Positions 35,553 through 47,000 of a stretch of DNA of 64,000 nt are shown in pieces; position 1 is the stretch's first letter; every line of letters begins with the position of its first letter. The notes under the pieces were generated by a model. The model worked only from the letters and a program-made list of their open reading frames with translations, ran no database searches and was not told the origin of the DNA. Made by a program: the position numbers and the translations under genes. The stretch is from a virus (Duplodnaviria > Caudoviricetes). The stretch is taken from the IMG/VR virus record IMGVR_UViG_3300031949_001696. One strand, given 5' to 3'.

Positions 35553-35717
35553 ATGTTTGAACCGAAGCGATCCAGCCGAGAGAGCCTAGCCAACTACATC
35601 GGCGCGCGCGTGACGAACTCCGAGGAGGCGTGGCTGCGCACCGAGATGAAGAAGCGGAAGCTTACGATGAGTGACTTGATTCGTCTGGCCCTCGGCCGAC
35701 TCAAGGAAAAGGTGTGA
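35553..35717 (+). CDS. 54-aa RHH (CopG/MobC-like) regulator divergent from the cas gene; absent from the ORF track
   Basis: Hand translation: MFEPKRSSRESLANYIGARVTNSEEAWLRTEMKKRKLTMSDLIRLALGRLKEKV. Confidence 0.7.
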   Translation: MFEPKRSSRESLANYIGARVTNSEEAWLRTEMKKRKLTMSDLIRLALGRLKEKV

Positions 35718-35724
35718 ATGCCCA

Positions 35725-36762
35725 GTGACGAAGCTCCTTACACGCAAGCAATTCAGTGATGGGTGTCTCGCACGTGATCGTCATCGTTGCGTGATGTGCG
35801 GTAGCACCGACAGCATTCATGTCCATCACATCGTCGAACGAAAGCTTTGGCCCAATGACGGTTTTTTCCTCGACAACGGCGCATCGGTCTGCGAGCCCTG
35901 CCACCTCCGAACCGAGTCAACGGAGATCTCGTGCGACGAGCTGAGGAAGCGCTGCGGCATCGACCGCGCGCACCTGCCCGATCACTTCTGTCCCGATGAA
36001 GTTATCGACAAATGGGGCAACATTCTCCTGCCTAACGGCCAGCGGCTGCGCGGCGAGCTGTTCGACGACGAGGGAGCGCAGAAGATCCTCGCACCCGTGC
36101 TCCATCTGTTCACGTCACGCGTGAAGTACCCGAGGACTTTTCATTTACCGTGGAGCCCAGGCAAGACGAGCGACGATCGGACGATGGACGACCCGGACGC
36201 AGCGTTCGGCGGTGCTGAGATCGTCGTGACCGAGAAGGTCGACGGTGAATGTTCGACGCTTTATCGCGACTACCTCCACGCGCGAGGCATCGACTACGCG
36301 TCGCATCCTTCGCGTGATCGTCTGCGCGCACTCCACGCCACCATCGCCCACGACATCCCTGAAGGATGGCGCGTGTGCGGCGAAAACATCTACGCCGTGC
36401 ATTCGATCGCGTACGACGCGCTCCCCGCGCACTTTCTGGTGTTCTCGATCTGGAACGAGCGAAACGAGTGTCTGTCCTGGGACGAGACGGTCACGTGTGC
36501 GCAGCTCCTGGGCCTTCACACTGTTCCTGTGATCGCGCGCGGGACGTGGAACGAGGAGCACGCGCGCCTCTCCGACGGCGAGGCCAAGAGTCAGCTCGGC
36601 GGCGATCGCGAGGGCTACGTCGTTCGCCTCGCGGGGGGCTTCCATTACCGCGCGTTCCGGCGATCTGTCGCCAAGTACGTTCGCAAGAATCACGTCCAGA
36701 CCAACGATCACTGGAAGACGCAGGCGGTGGTCGCGAACAAGCTGCGAGAGATCGCACCCTGA
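35725..36762 (+). CDS. HNH-domain / ATP-dependent RNA ligase fusion
   Basis: N-terminal RDRHRCVMCG...VHHI...NGASVCEPCH; C-terminal KYPRTFHLPWSPG, TEKVDGE (motif I Lys), GEN, REGYVVR, AKYVR. Confidence 0.85.
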   Translation: MTKLLTRKQFSDGCLARDRHRCVMCGSTDSIHVHHIVERKLWPNDGFFLDNGASVCEPCHLRTESTEISCDELRKRCGIDRAHLPDHFCPDEVIDKWGNILLPNGQRLRGELFDDEGAQKILAPVLHLFTSRVKYPRTFHLPWSPGKTSDDRTMDDPDAAFGGAEIVVTEKVDGECSTLYRDYLHARGIDYASHPSRDRLRALHATIAHDIPEGWRVCGENIYAVHSIAYDALPAHFLVFSIWNERNECLSWDETVTCAQLLGLHTVPVIARGTWNEEHARLSDGEAKSQLGGDREGYVVRLAGGFHYRAFRRSVAKYVRKNHVQTNDHWKTQAVVANKLREIAP

Positions 36763-36807
36763 TGAACGTCAGCGCACCTGTATGGAATGCGTATATACTG
36801 TTTGCGC

Positions 36808-37020
36808 ATGGCCGACAACGTCATCAAGATGAGCGTGAATCTTCCAACCGACGCCGTGAAAGTGTTGAAGAAGTTGGCCAAGAAGCGGGGATGCACGATG
36901 ACGGAAGTACTGCGGCAGGCAATAGGCACCGAAAAGTTCATCGAAGACGTGAACGAAGCTGAAGGCAAGGTTCTCGTCGAGGACAAGAGGGGCCGCGTTC
37001 GGCAGTTGGTTTTCAAGTGA
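36808..37020 (+). CDS. CopG-family RHH regulator
   Basis: IKMSVNLPTDAVKVLKKLAKKRGCTMTEVLRQAI; TATACT lies 8 nt upstream of the ATG. Confidence 0.8.
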   Translation: MADNVIKMSVNLPTDAVKVLKKLAKKRGCTMTEVLRQAIGTEKFIEDVNEAEGKVLVEDKRGRVRQLVFK

Positions 37021-40000
37021 CTCTCCCAACGCACGTCGAAAACTTGCTCGCCAAAGCGCGCTGGCGACAAGAACTCAACAAGCGCGGCTACGAAGGAAGG
37101 CTACCCGTGGCATCTGAGCGTCTCGCAGAAGCACTTCGCACGGAACTCCGCGCGATCCTTGATAACGACGGCAAGCCGTTCGATCTTCAAGTTGCGCGGC
37201 ACGTCTACGACTTCGCGATCGCTGCAAAGGACTTGCTCACGGTGTCCGTGAAGACCGTCGAGGACGCGATGCGCGTGGTCGCCGACAACAACGGAGCCAT
37301 GGAATCCTTGACGGGAGCCGGCGATCCGCTGCCCCCCGAGGTCGCGAGCGAGACATTCGGTGCGCGCATCATGCGAGAGCTATTCGCCTTGATGCCCTCG
37401 GTCCTCCGCAAGAACAACGAGGATCCACTCGCGATCGTCGCCGCGATCGCCGACGCGCGCGAGCGCGGGATGCACGACGTGGCCGCCAAGCTCGAACAAA
37501 GGCTACTCGGCACGCCGCTCGAGCCGCCTAAGGTCACGATGACCGAGGTCGTCGACGACAGCTACGAGCACGGTTTCATCGACGGATCGATGCAGGACAA
37601 CTTCGACCGCGGCACCATCAACGGTCACGTGGCACGCGATCTGCGGCAAGCGTCGCCAGCATATCGTGAGGGCTTCGAGGCCGGACGAGAGCGTCGCGCG
37701 CTCAAAGATGCCGTCCCGCCGCCGGCTGTCACGCCATCGTCCATACGCGGAGTTGATATCTGCGCGGGCTGCGGCAATCGCGAATGTTTCAATGTCTGCT
37801 GTCATCCGTCGAACAAACTGCGTGCGTCGTCGAACGGGCAGCACAGCCTGCCCAATGGAGACTCGCCGTGAGGGCCTGGTATGTGCCGAGCTGGAACGGC
37901 GATTTCCGGCTCACGCCCGGCGACGACGACGGCACGTCCAAGCTCCTCATCATGGCGCCGACGCCGCACGAGACGCAGCTCCTCGCGTCGTTCATGACGG
38001 TGGCACGCAAGAAGAAATGGTCGAAAGAAAAGCTGGCCAAGGACGAGGCGATCGACACTCGAACGATCATCCTTGACGCCCCGCTGACGAAGGTGGGACC
38101 AGCGCTCGTCAAGATCACCAAGCCGGTCGATCGCACGCTGACGGCGGTTTCATTCAAGAACGGACAGCTTGAAGTCGCCGAGACGGGCGCGATCGAGACG
38201 ATCATCGCCAAAGCGGATCCAGAATCTAAGGCCGTCAGCGTCGCGCGGCCGACGCCGTGCTGCCCATCGTGCGTACCCGGCTCCGTCGAGCCCGCTAGCG
38301 ACGTCCTGCTCTCGTTTCTCTCCGATCAGGAGCACGCCGACTGGGCGAAGCATCGCGCGATCATGGTGATGGGTGGCCGATCTGGGCATCGCTACCTGAT
38401 CGCGCACCGCCACTCACGGACGGCGGTGCTCAACCGCAAGATCTGTTACGACGTCGACGACCGCTGCGTGCTGCACTTCCACGACTGGACAGTGCCGCCC
38501 GAAGAAGAGGTCCTCGCGACCAAGCTCATCCTGGAGCACCGCGAGGCGTGGTTGCGCAACGAGGCGACCGTCTTGCAGCAGGACGGCAAGGGCGAGTGGC
38601 ACGATCTTGGTATTATGCGTTACAAGAACCCGTTCGGTGACGCGAGCGACGGCCGGGACGACGCCGCATTGACGGCGCTGCTGGGGGCTGTCCTCGCGGC
38701 GGCCTTCAACGGAGACGTGCCGCGGGGAGAGCGCCGATGAAGCCGCGACTGCCTTCCGTATCGTCGGACGCACGCACCGTGCTGCCTGGGCGCGAAGTCA
38801 CCTATCACGAGGTGCCAACGAAGCCCGAGGTCAAGCGTGACCGTGGGAGCCCTGCGCATGACATGCGGCTGATCGTCATCAACGTCCTGACCGGCGTGCG
38901 TGCGCGCTGGGGTCGACTCTCCGTCACCGACAAACGGAAGATCGTCTCCCACCTGCGATCGGTCGCCGACCTCATCGAGAAGGCGATCGGAGGCGACGCT
39001 CCGTGAAGCCTCCCGCGCCGCAGCGCCTCCTCTGCCAGCGCGTGCGCGACACCTTCCCGCAGCGCGATGGCGTGAAGAGCGGCCTCGATCATTGCTCCCA
39101 GTGCGGGGAGCGCGTACGCGTCGCGGACACGTCGCGCGACGCCATCAAGATCTACGCGCAGGCAGAGATCTGGTGCCTCGACTGTTGCGCCCAAGATCCG
39201 CCGCCGAGCGGCATCGAGTGGGAATACACCGACGCGCAGATCGCCGAGATCGCTCGCGTGACGGGCAAGCCACCTGCTGAGATCGTCGAACAGCTCACGG
39301 CAGTTCTACCGTCGCTACGAAAGCAGAGGCCCCAAGACACATGATCGATCGCGCGACCGGCGAGCAGCTCTATCCGTGCTCCGACTGCGGTGTGCTCCGC
39401 ACGAAGGCGGAGGGCGGCACCGTGTTCACGGTGTGCGACGACTGCTGGGACAAGCATCATCCACCATGCGAGTCCATCGGCGCGAAGCTTCTCTCGGCAA
39501 CGCGCGAGCAGCTGTCCCGAACGTCAACTGTTCAGGCAAGTTCAAAGGCTGAGCGTCAACCGCCCAAGGGGCGCATCATGATCACACCGCGCCCCTTCGT
39601 GCTCGATCCCGGAGAGGCATGCTGGTGCAACCGCGGCAAGGACTGCGACGGTAACCACGAGATCTACCTCGACGAGCCTGTTCACCGCTGCGGGTTTTGC
39701 GGCAAGACGTTCGAGATCAAACCCGACGATCCGCACTGGTCGACCGGCCGGGGACCTCTCTGCCCGACCAGAGGACGCTTGCGTACCTGGCTCACCCAGA
39801 CGGGCCGCTTGAAGTCCGTGCCGCAGTTCGTGTCGCCGCCGAGAACCAAGGACAAATCGTGACGCAGTCGAAGCAAGACGACACGCAAGAGCTTCGCCGC
39901 CAAGCGTTCCGGCTGATCACGCTCTCGTACGCGTTGATGATCGCGATCATCCTCGGCGTGGCTGCCGTGATCGTCGCGCGGACGTTGGCACCTGAGTGCG

Positions 40001-41661
40001 TGTGTCCGACCGCGGAGAAGGGGTGATCGATGGGCATGTACGATACCGTCACGGTTCCCTGCCCTACGTGCGGCGAGAGCGGGGAGTTTCAGTCCAAGTC
40101 CGGTGACTGCAAGCTGGAGACGTATTCGCTGGACGACGCTCCCGACGACGTGCTCCTCGGCGTGAATCGACACACGCGCCGATGCGCTGCCACAAGTGCG
40201 GCACGCGCTACTCCGTCGAAGTCGGCGGATCACGACCGCGTCGGTCGCTCACCGCGCGATCGGTCAAGAATGAAGGGACTCGCGCTGACTCGCGCGCTGG
40301 TGAGCGAGGCGATCGAGCAGGTCTCGTTCGTGAACGCCGTCATCCCGACGAGCGTGTCCACGACACGGAAGCAGCTGCGCGTGCTGATCTCGACGCGTGA
40401 TCGGGACAACGGCTCCGCGATGACACTGCAAGCGGGCTGGAGCTTTCCGCGTGAGGGCGTCTCGACGCGCGAGCACGCGATCTCGTGGGTCGTCGCTTGT
40501 GTGCGCGAGACGTGGGTCCACGAGCTCCACGAGTCGATCTTCTTCGACGGCACGCGTTGGAACGACTTGCACGAACCTGGAATGGCGACGATAAGACCAC
40601 CGCCGCGCGACCTCGCGGATCCTTGGTGGATGTGGAAGGTGCAGCAGGTGCAGCAGGCGCGCTCGGCGCGCGGGCGAGGTAAGGCGAAGGTCCGTCGTGC
40701 CGAGCCGCACTCCCACGAGGAGGCGATGCGTGCCTTCGCGCTGCCGGATGGGTGGACCTGGGAGCCGTCCCCGTTCAAGCAGTCGGCGTGCGTCGTCAAG
40801 GCTCCGGCCGGATCTGCGACGATCGACTTCGCTGAGCGTAGCTTTGATCTCGTCAGTCAAGTGCCGGTGGTCCAATACACGGGCCGGAACTGGCGCAGGA
40901 TGCTCGTCGCGGACGCGATCGAGGCACTACTCGTGCGGATGCCGAGGCACTCATGAATGAACCGATCCCTCTCGCGATCAGGGCCGACTTGCCGTGCCCG
41001 TTCTGCGGCGGTCGCGCGGAGCTGCACAAACAGCTGCGTGGCGGACACGAGCCGGACGAGACCGAAGCCTACGCGTACTTCTACATCTGCGATTCCTGCG
41101 CGTGCGCCGGAGGCTGGGGCAAGTCGGAGGCGGCGGCCTTGCGCATGTGGAGCATGCGAGGAAACGTGGCGGACTGGAGATTCTGCCGCGGTGAAGGGTG
41201 TCCGCGCGCCGACCTCTGCCGTCGCCACATGGACGCCGTGAGGGTGAAGGATCCGACCTACTTCAAGAAGGCTCCGTTACTCGTCGACGGACAGTGCGGC
41301 GAGTTCGTCTCGAACGGCTGCATACGAAAGGATCCGAATCGCTGTGGCGGTGCCCATCCGCCTCCGTGCTGCGCCTGGCAGTGCGAGATCGAGCTTCATC
41401 GCTGGGAGAAGCGCGGTGAAGAATGGATGTGGATCGACGGAGGAGTGCACTAGGTGGCCTCGGTGCCCAACCCTGAAAAGAAGTACCGTCTAGCGCGTGA
41501 CGTGTTCGGGCGTTGGATCATCGTCCATCCAGAGCACGCTTCTCGGGCGTGGTCCGGTTCATGCTGGGTTCCTCACTACAGAGGCGTCGGCAAGATCGCC
41601 CAGGTCTCGAACTTCGACACCCGGCCGCCGACGAGACAGCCAGGGAGCAGATCGCGTGACG

Positions 41662-42423
41662 ATGAAGGCCGGTAAGGGCGATATTCGCAGCCAGCACCAG
41701 CGCCGTCGCGATCGCTACCGCGGCTGCCGCGTATGCGGCGTGCGGGGCGAGCACTGCACCGAATGCGATCTCGGGGCACAGATCGTCGCGATCCAGGGCT
41801 ATGCGAGCCTCGCGCTCGTGGTCGACGGCTCGTTCGTGGAGTCCCGGCACGACGATCTCGGTCACGGCGGTGCCGGTCTCGTGCTCGTGTGCAGAGAAAA
41901 AATCCTGGCCTCGCGCGCGTGCGGCTTCCGCGCGTCGAGCAGCTCGGACGCCGAGTTCCACGCAGTCATCCGGGCCAGTCGCTGGGCGCCGGGCGTCGCG
42001 ATCTACACCGACGCGCAGGATCTCCCCAACAAGATCCTTCGCGGAAGTCCCGGGCTCGTCGTGAGCTACTTGCCGCCCCACGAGCGCGGTGAGGCACATC
42101 AGATCGCGCACCGTCTGAGCGTCGAGGGGCGCTGCCGCGAGGCCCCGGAGACGATTCCGGCGCTTGGTATCGAGTTCGCCGGCGCGCGCGGCACCCTTAC
42201 CAAGTCTCAGCGACTCAAGAAGGGCGCGGAGCTGTTGCTCGAACATGCGCGTAAAGATCCTGCCTTCGATGGCGACTTCACCGCGCTCGCCGAGCGCCTG
42301 GGCTGGACGTCGGGTCGGCTCTGGCGTAACAACCCGGCGATCCGGATCGCTAGCGATCGGTGGCGCACGACGACGACGACGACGACGACTACTCCGCCGC
42401 CCTACCCTGAAGAGACTCCATGA
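41662..42423 (+). CDS. RNase HI-like protein with an N-terminal zinc ribbon
   Basis: CRVC...CTEC, then LVVDGSF...GAGLV...SSDAEFHAV...IYTDAQ...IAHRLS. Confidence 0.7.
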   Translation: MKAGKGDIRSQHQRRRDRYRGCRVCGVRGEHCTECDLGAQIVAIQGYASLALVVDGSFVESRHDDLGHGGAGLVLVCREKILASRACGFRASSSSDAEFHAVIRASRWAPGVAIYTDAQDLPNKILRGSPGLVVSYLPPHERGEAHQIAHRLSVEGRCREAPETIPALGIEFAGARGTLTKSQRLKKGAELLLEHARKDPAFDGDFTALAERLGWTSGRLWRNNPAIRIASDRWRTTTTTTTTTPPPYPEETP

Positions 42424-42554
42424 ATCCAGACAACCTCACGGGCTGGGATCTACTGTTCCCTCGTCATCCTCTTCACCACGTCATCTGGCTTCTAACGGGG
42501 CTGCTGCTTGGCTGGATGATTCGATCGTGGTGGATTGGAAGGAAGCGCTAGATC

Positions 42555-42887
42555 ATGGCCCGCACGTACAAGACGCTCGCGCTCTCGCTGCGGCCTGATG
42601 TCTTCAGGGCACTCCATGCGATCGGCAAGAAGACCGGCCGCACCGGTGCGCGCGTCGCGGCCGAGATCGTGCTTTGCGAGATCGCGAAAACACCGGAGCC
42701 GAAGGACGAGGCCCGCCGCAGGTCGTGGTGCTGCCACGGGCGTATCGTGCCCGTGCAGGGTCAGCTCGTGGTACCGGAGACCTCCGACGGCAAACGCCGC
42801 TGGGTCCCGGTGATCGTGCTTTTGTGTGCGACGCGCAAGAAGCAGATGCACAGGCGCGAGTACGAGGGATGGATCGTCGATGCGTGA
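42555..42887 (+). CDS. Putative RHH-containing protein
   Basis: YKTLALSLRPDVFRALHAIGKKTGRTGARVAAEIV. Confidence 0.45.
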   Translation: MARTYKTLALSLRPDVFRALHAIGKKTGRTGARVAAEIVLCEIAKTPEPKDEARRRSWCCHGRIVPVQGQLVVPETSDGKRRWVPVIVLLCATRKKQMHRREYEGWIVDA

Positions 42888-44535
42888 TCGAGGTTCTCAA
42901 GGAACGCTGCCGGGGTTCGCGCCCCCCGCACCACCGTCGATCATCAAAACGCCGACCATCGAGCAGACCACGATCATCGACGAAATCCGATCTGGAACGA
43001 GACACGTGCTCGTCGAGGCACTGGCGGGGACCGGCAAGACCAGCACCATCTTGAAGAGTCTCGAAGGATCTACCGTCAAGCGCGCCCTACTGTGCGCCTT
43101 CGGTCACAAGAACGCAGAGGACCTCAGGGCCAAGATGCCGAAGGCTCCGCCGAGACACACGTGGAAGGCAAGCACGCTCCATGGTCAAGGATTCGGCATT
43201 CTGCGCAGCTACGGTTGGAAGCCCGATCTTGACGATAAGAAGGAGGGCATTCACAACGACGAGAGCGAGAATCTCGTGAACGACGCGGCCGATGTGATCG
43301 CGGAAGTCGTCTCCGCAGAGGAGCTTCACGGCCACGAACTCTGGTTTTCGCACCTTCCCACCGCCGCGGTTGGCAATGTGAAGTACATGATTTCGAATGA
43401 GGTCCGGCGTGCAGCACGCGACCTGCTCCACTACTGGAAGGATAGGTGTCTCGGGCAAGACGACGCCGACAGCGACGATCTCGAAGCCTTCGACGACCTC
43501 GGCGCGGAGGAAGACGCGAACTTGGCGTACACGATCGCGCACTTCGCCTACCTGGCGGGGGCTCGCATTGATCGCCCCAAGATCGAACAACGCGACATGA
43601 TCTGGCTGCCATTGGTCCTCGATCTCATGCCGAAGTGGTCTTACGACCTGGTGATCGTTGATGAGGGACAGGATCTCTCGCGTCCGCAGTTCGAACTCGC
43701 AAAGCGCCTCATGAGTTCTGGCGCGAAGTTGGTGGTCGTCGGTGATCTCCGACAGAGCATCTACGGCTGGCGAGGCGCCGTCGGAGACGAAGTGTGGGAG
43801 GAGATGGGCTCCATGAAGGCGGTTACGCTGCCGTTGACGGTGTCGTTTCGCTGCGCGCGCGCTGTGGTTGAGGAGGCCAACAGCCTTGTTTCAGATCTTC
43901 AGGCTTGCGACGACGCGCCGGTTGGCGCGGTTCACACGTGCACGCTTGCTCGAATGATCGAGGGCCTGCCCACAACGACCATCGATTCGTTCATCTTGTC
44001 TCGAAACAACGCGGTGCTGTTTAACATCGCGCTCCAGCTGTGGAGCAGGAACGCGACCTTCAGTTTCAGCAAGGGCAAAGAGCTGGCAGTGGGTCTGCAC
44101 GCGCTCGTTAATCAGCTCAACACCAACGACGCTGAGAGCTTCCGAAAGTCACTCGACGAGTGGTACGAGCGGACCCTCGCGAAGGCGGAGGAGAAGTCGG
44201 CCATCAGCAAGATCGAGCGCATCAAGCAGCGGCGAGCCACACTGCTGGCGCTGCTGACGTGCACCGAGCCGAAAGGACTTCACGCACTTCTCCAGCGGCT
44301 CACGACGGAGCGGGATAATGCAGTAGTCAAGCTCGCCACCGTACACGGGGCCAAAGGACTGGAGGCCGACCGCGTATATCTCATGCGCGAGACGTTCGCC
44401 CGATATCAGGAGAGGCCACCAGATCCGATCCCACCGGAAGAGCTGAACCTCGAGTACGTCGCGATCACCAGGGCTCGCCGCGAGTTGGTTTGGGTCGACC
44501 TCGGCGAGCCAGAGGACGACAATGACCGCTACTGA
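42880..44535 (+). CDS. UvrD/Rep-like superfamily 1 helicase
   Basis: ALAGTGKT, IVDEGQD, VGDLRQSIYGWRGA, LTVSFRC, TVHGAKGLE, YVAITRAR. Confidence 0.92.
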   Translation: MRDRGSQGTLPGFAPPAPPSIIKTPTIEQTTIIDEIRSGTRHVLVEALAGTGKTSTILKSLEGSTVKRALLCAFGHKNAEDLRAKMPKAPPRHTWKASTLHGQGFGILRSYGWKPDLDDKKEGIHNDESENLVNDAADVIAEVVSAEELHGHELWFSHLPTAAVGNVKYMISNEVRRAARDLLHYWKDRCLGQDDADSDDLEAFDDLGAEEDANLAYTIAHFAYLAGARIDRPKIEQRDMIWLPLVLDLMPKWSYDLVIVDEGQDLSRPQFELAKRLMSSGAKLVVVGDLRQSIYGWRGAVGDEVWEEMGSMKAVTLPLTVSFRCARAVVEEANSLVSDLQACDDAPVGAVHTCTLARMIEGLPTTTIDSFILSRNNAVLFNIALQLWSRNATFSFSKGKELAVGLHALVNQLNTNDAESFRKSLDEWYERTLAKAEEKSAISKIERIKQRRATLLALLTCTEPKGLHALLQRLTTERDNAVVKLATVHGAKGLEADRVYLMRETFARYQERPPDPIPPEELNLEYVAITRARRELVWVDLGEPEDDNDRY

Positions 44536-46186
44536 TTCAAGCGAGCACGACCTCGGCGGCATCGTGATCCGCTGGGATGAGGACGGCCAGGGCTTCGCAT
44601 GGCGCCACCCCACGTGCCGTGCGTGGGCCACGCTCCGGTTCTGGCCAGATCCGGCGTCGACGGGACACCGCCTGATGCGTGGAGGATCCAAGGACGTCGA
44701 TAAGCTCACCGTCGTCGGTTCGCTTTTGTGCCCGATGGGCTGCGGGACGCACGGCGTGATCGAAGACGGCCGGTGGAGGGTCGTATGACCATCGTGATCC
44801 TCGTCTACGCGGTCGTGAGCCTCCTCATCGGCGGCGCCGCCATGACGTACGAGATCTGGCACCGTCCCGCGATGCTCGATCGCGCGGATGCGCGCGGCAC
44901 GTTTCCGTCGCCGAAGATGGCACTCGGAGAGCTGATCTTCTTCGGCATGGTCGTGGCGGCGTGCTGGCCACTGCTTGCGGGGGCGGCGATCAGCACCGCT
45001 TGGAGTGCGAGGTGAAGATGACGAGAAGGAGACTCCGACCGAGCGCGCGGCATCACCAGGGAGCGGAAGGCTCTGGGCACACATCTAAGAAGGAGGCTGC
45101 GATGTTTGACCATGCCGATCACTGCGACGACTACATCGACGACCCGGCCGCACCCGAGCCGCTGCGGAAGTTCCTCGCGTTTGCCCGCGCGCCGGCCCAC
45201 GGCCAGCTCTTGCCCGAGCCGCATCCCGTGCTGTTCGCCGATCACGCGGGAACACGCGTGCGGGTCACTGGGGCCTCACGCCTGGGCGACGTCGGCATCA
45301 CGACCGATCTCGATGCCGAATTTGGCTACGAGCAGCGTGTTCTCGTCAGCGCGCTCTCCAACTTTTCGGAGACACCGTGAGTGCTAGCCAGAAGCGCGGT
45401 GACGTCATGAACGAACGCGGTGGATCCTTGATCCTTCCGTGGCCAAATACGCTGGCGAACATTCGCAAGACAGTGCGTGAACTGCGCGCAAAGGGTTGGA
45501 CTGCCAAGATCGAGAAGACAGCCCACGAGACGTACGTGTGGACAAACGCGCCGATGGCGAACCGTGGCTGCTAACCAAATGGTGCCGCTACGACTCGCGA
45601 GGAGGATAGGTCGATGATGGAAGATCACGTGCGGGAGCTACTCGACAAGAGCCTACGCTCGTACACCGAGCGCGAGCGGGCGTGGTGGAAGCAAGATCGC
45701 CGAGGGCGCTGGGTCGTGCTCGAGCCCGGTCCCGGGCGGCTCCTCAAGGACTCTCCGCAGCGCATCCGTGACTACGTCGACGCGATCACCGAGCAGCGCG
45801 GGCGGCGTTTCAGCTCGCTCTCTCGTGCCCGTGCGTTCGCGCGCGAGGTCGACGGCGTAGTCCGCCGATGGAAGCGGCAGATGCCGGGTCGCGGACCGTG
45901 GCGGCGGACTACCAACCCGTGGGAAGGGGCCACCCGTTGCCTGCCGCTGTGGATCTACACCTCACCGAGGGCCGTCGCCCAGGGTGCCGCGGCGCAGGAG
46001 ACCGCACCATGAAGCTCGAAACTCCGAAGATTCGACATCGTAACGGGGAGCAATGCTCGTGCGATCCTCGTTGCACGTGCCGTCCCCCAGAGCGGATGGA
46101 ACCTGGGGAGGACATCGCAAAGCGCGGCTCTTTCCATCTCCTAACATGTCAGGCATTCGGAGAAACCAAGCAAGACTGAACGAACG

Positions 46187-46447
46187 TTACGCGGCGGGCG
46201 CCCCGACATCCGCCGGTGCCGCAGGCGCGGCGGTAACAGCAGCCTTGGGCTGCTTTGCGGCAGACGCGTCGACGTGCGCCTGCGAGATCGTCGCCACGCC
46301 GAGCGGTGACACGAGCAGGAGCGCGTCCTGGACGCTGACCCCGAAGTACAGGTGGAGCACGCTGGCGGCGGCGGCAGCGATGAAGCTGTATGCCGCCTTC
46401 TTGCTATCGAGGATCTCGGTGATCGTACGCTGGAGAGCTTTCAACAT
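46187..46447 (-). CDS. Putative holin
   Basis: 86 aa with two hydrophobic helices after SKK; same strand as, and downstream of, the endolysin. Confidence 0.5.
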   Translation of the reverse strand: MLKALQRTITEILDSKKAAYSFIAAAAASVLHLYFGVSVQDALLLVSPLGVATISQAHVDASAAKQPKAAVTAAPAAPADVGAPAA

Positions 46448-46652
46448 GCGGCGATCCTAAGTCGCGACGCTGTGAAGGTCTGCTTTCTTGCAGTGGTGTC
46501 CCGCAAAGCTGCGAAGAACCTCGATTCACGTCGCGCGGTGATAGCTCGCTAGGTTGCTTCGTAGGTAAGGACGAGGTGACCCGTGGCAGCGGTGCCTGGC
46601 GAGCATATCGTCGAGACGTCGCGCCGAACCGCTTTCTTGACCTCGACTCATC

Positions 46653-46934
46653 TCATCTATAGATCACCCGACGCGTTGGATGCTCTTCGGTCACCGTCTC
46701 ACCGGCACGAGTCATGGTCACCCACGTGACGTATTCGTTCGACTCGGGATAGTTACCGCCAGAGCGCACGCGGCCGGTTCCGATCTCATCTCCGAGGTAG
46801 TCCAGCACGGCGACACGCTGGCCATTCTCGTATCCGTATCGACCTGCCTTCGCGGTACCGCCGCCATGCTTGGTTTTTGCGAGGACCTCGGCGATGTCGC
46901 GACCTAGTTGAGCAGGAGACTTTTTGCGACGCAT
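46653..46934 (-). CDS. Hypothetical protein with N-terminal KKSPAQLGRDIAEVL peptide and an SH3-like remainder
   Basis: ORF translation; the N-terminal motif is shared with the 60359 and 61366 proteins. Confidence 0.6.
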   Translation of the reverse strand: MRRKKSPAQLGRDIAEVLAKTKHGGGTAKAGRYGYENGQRVAVLDYLGDEIGTGRVRSGGNYPESNEYVTWVTMTRAGETVTEEHPTRRVIYR

Positions 46935-47000
46935 GACTTGAGCTTCGAGTCTACCGCCTCACAGGACAGAATGGTTTCGAACCGATCCCTTGACCGCGAC

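Noticed and set aside
33211-35553. Effector as an IS200/IS605 TnpB transposon gene
   Set aside because: No tnpA or resolvase is adjacent, the protein is far longer than TnpB, it has Cas12m-like N-terminal motifs, and it abuts a long array.
29565-37020. cas1, cas2, cas4 or a tracrRNA anti-repeat
   Set aside because: No such motifs or extended anti-repeat were seen in the flanks; they could lie outside the window.
40030-40956. A single 308-aa protein
   Set aside because: It looks like a Zn-ribbon gene with a slip near 40170 (CHKC continues in another frame) running into a separate gene starting at 40270.
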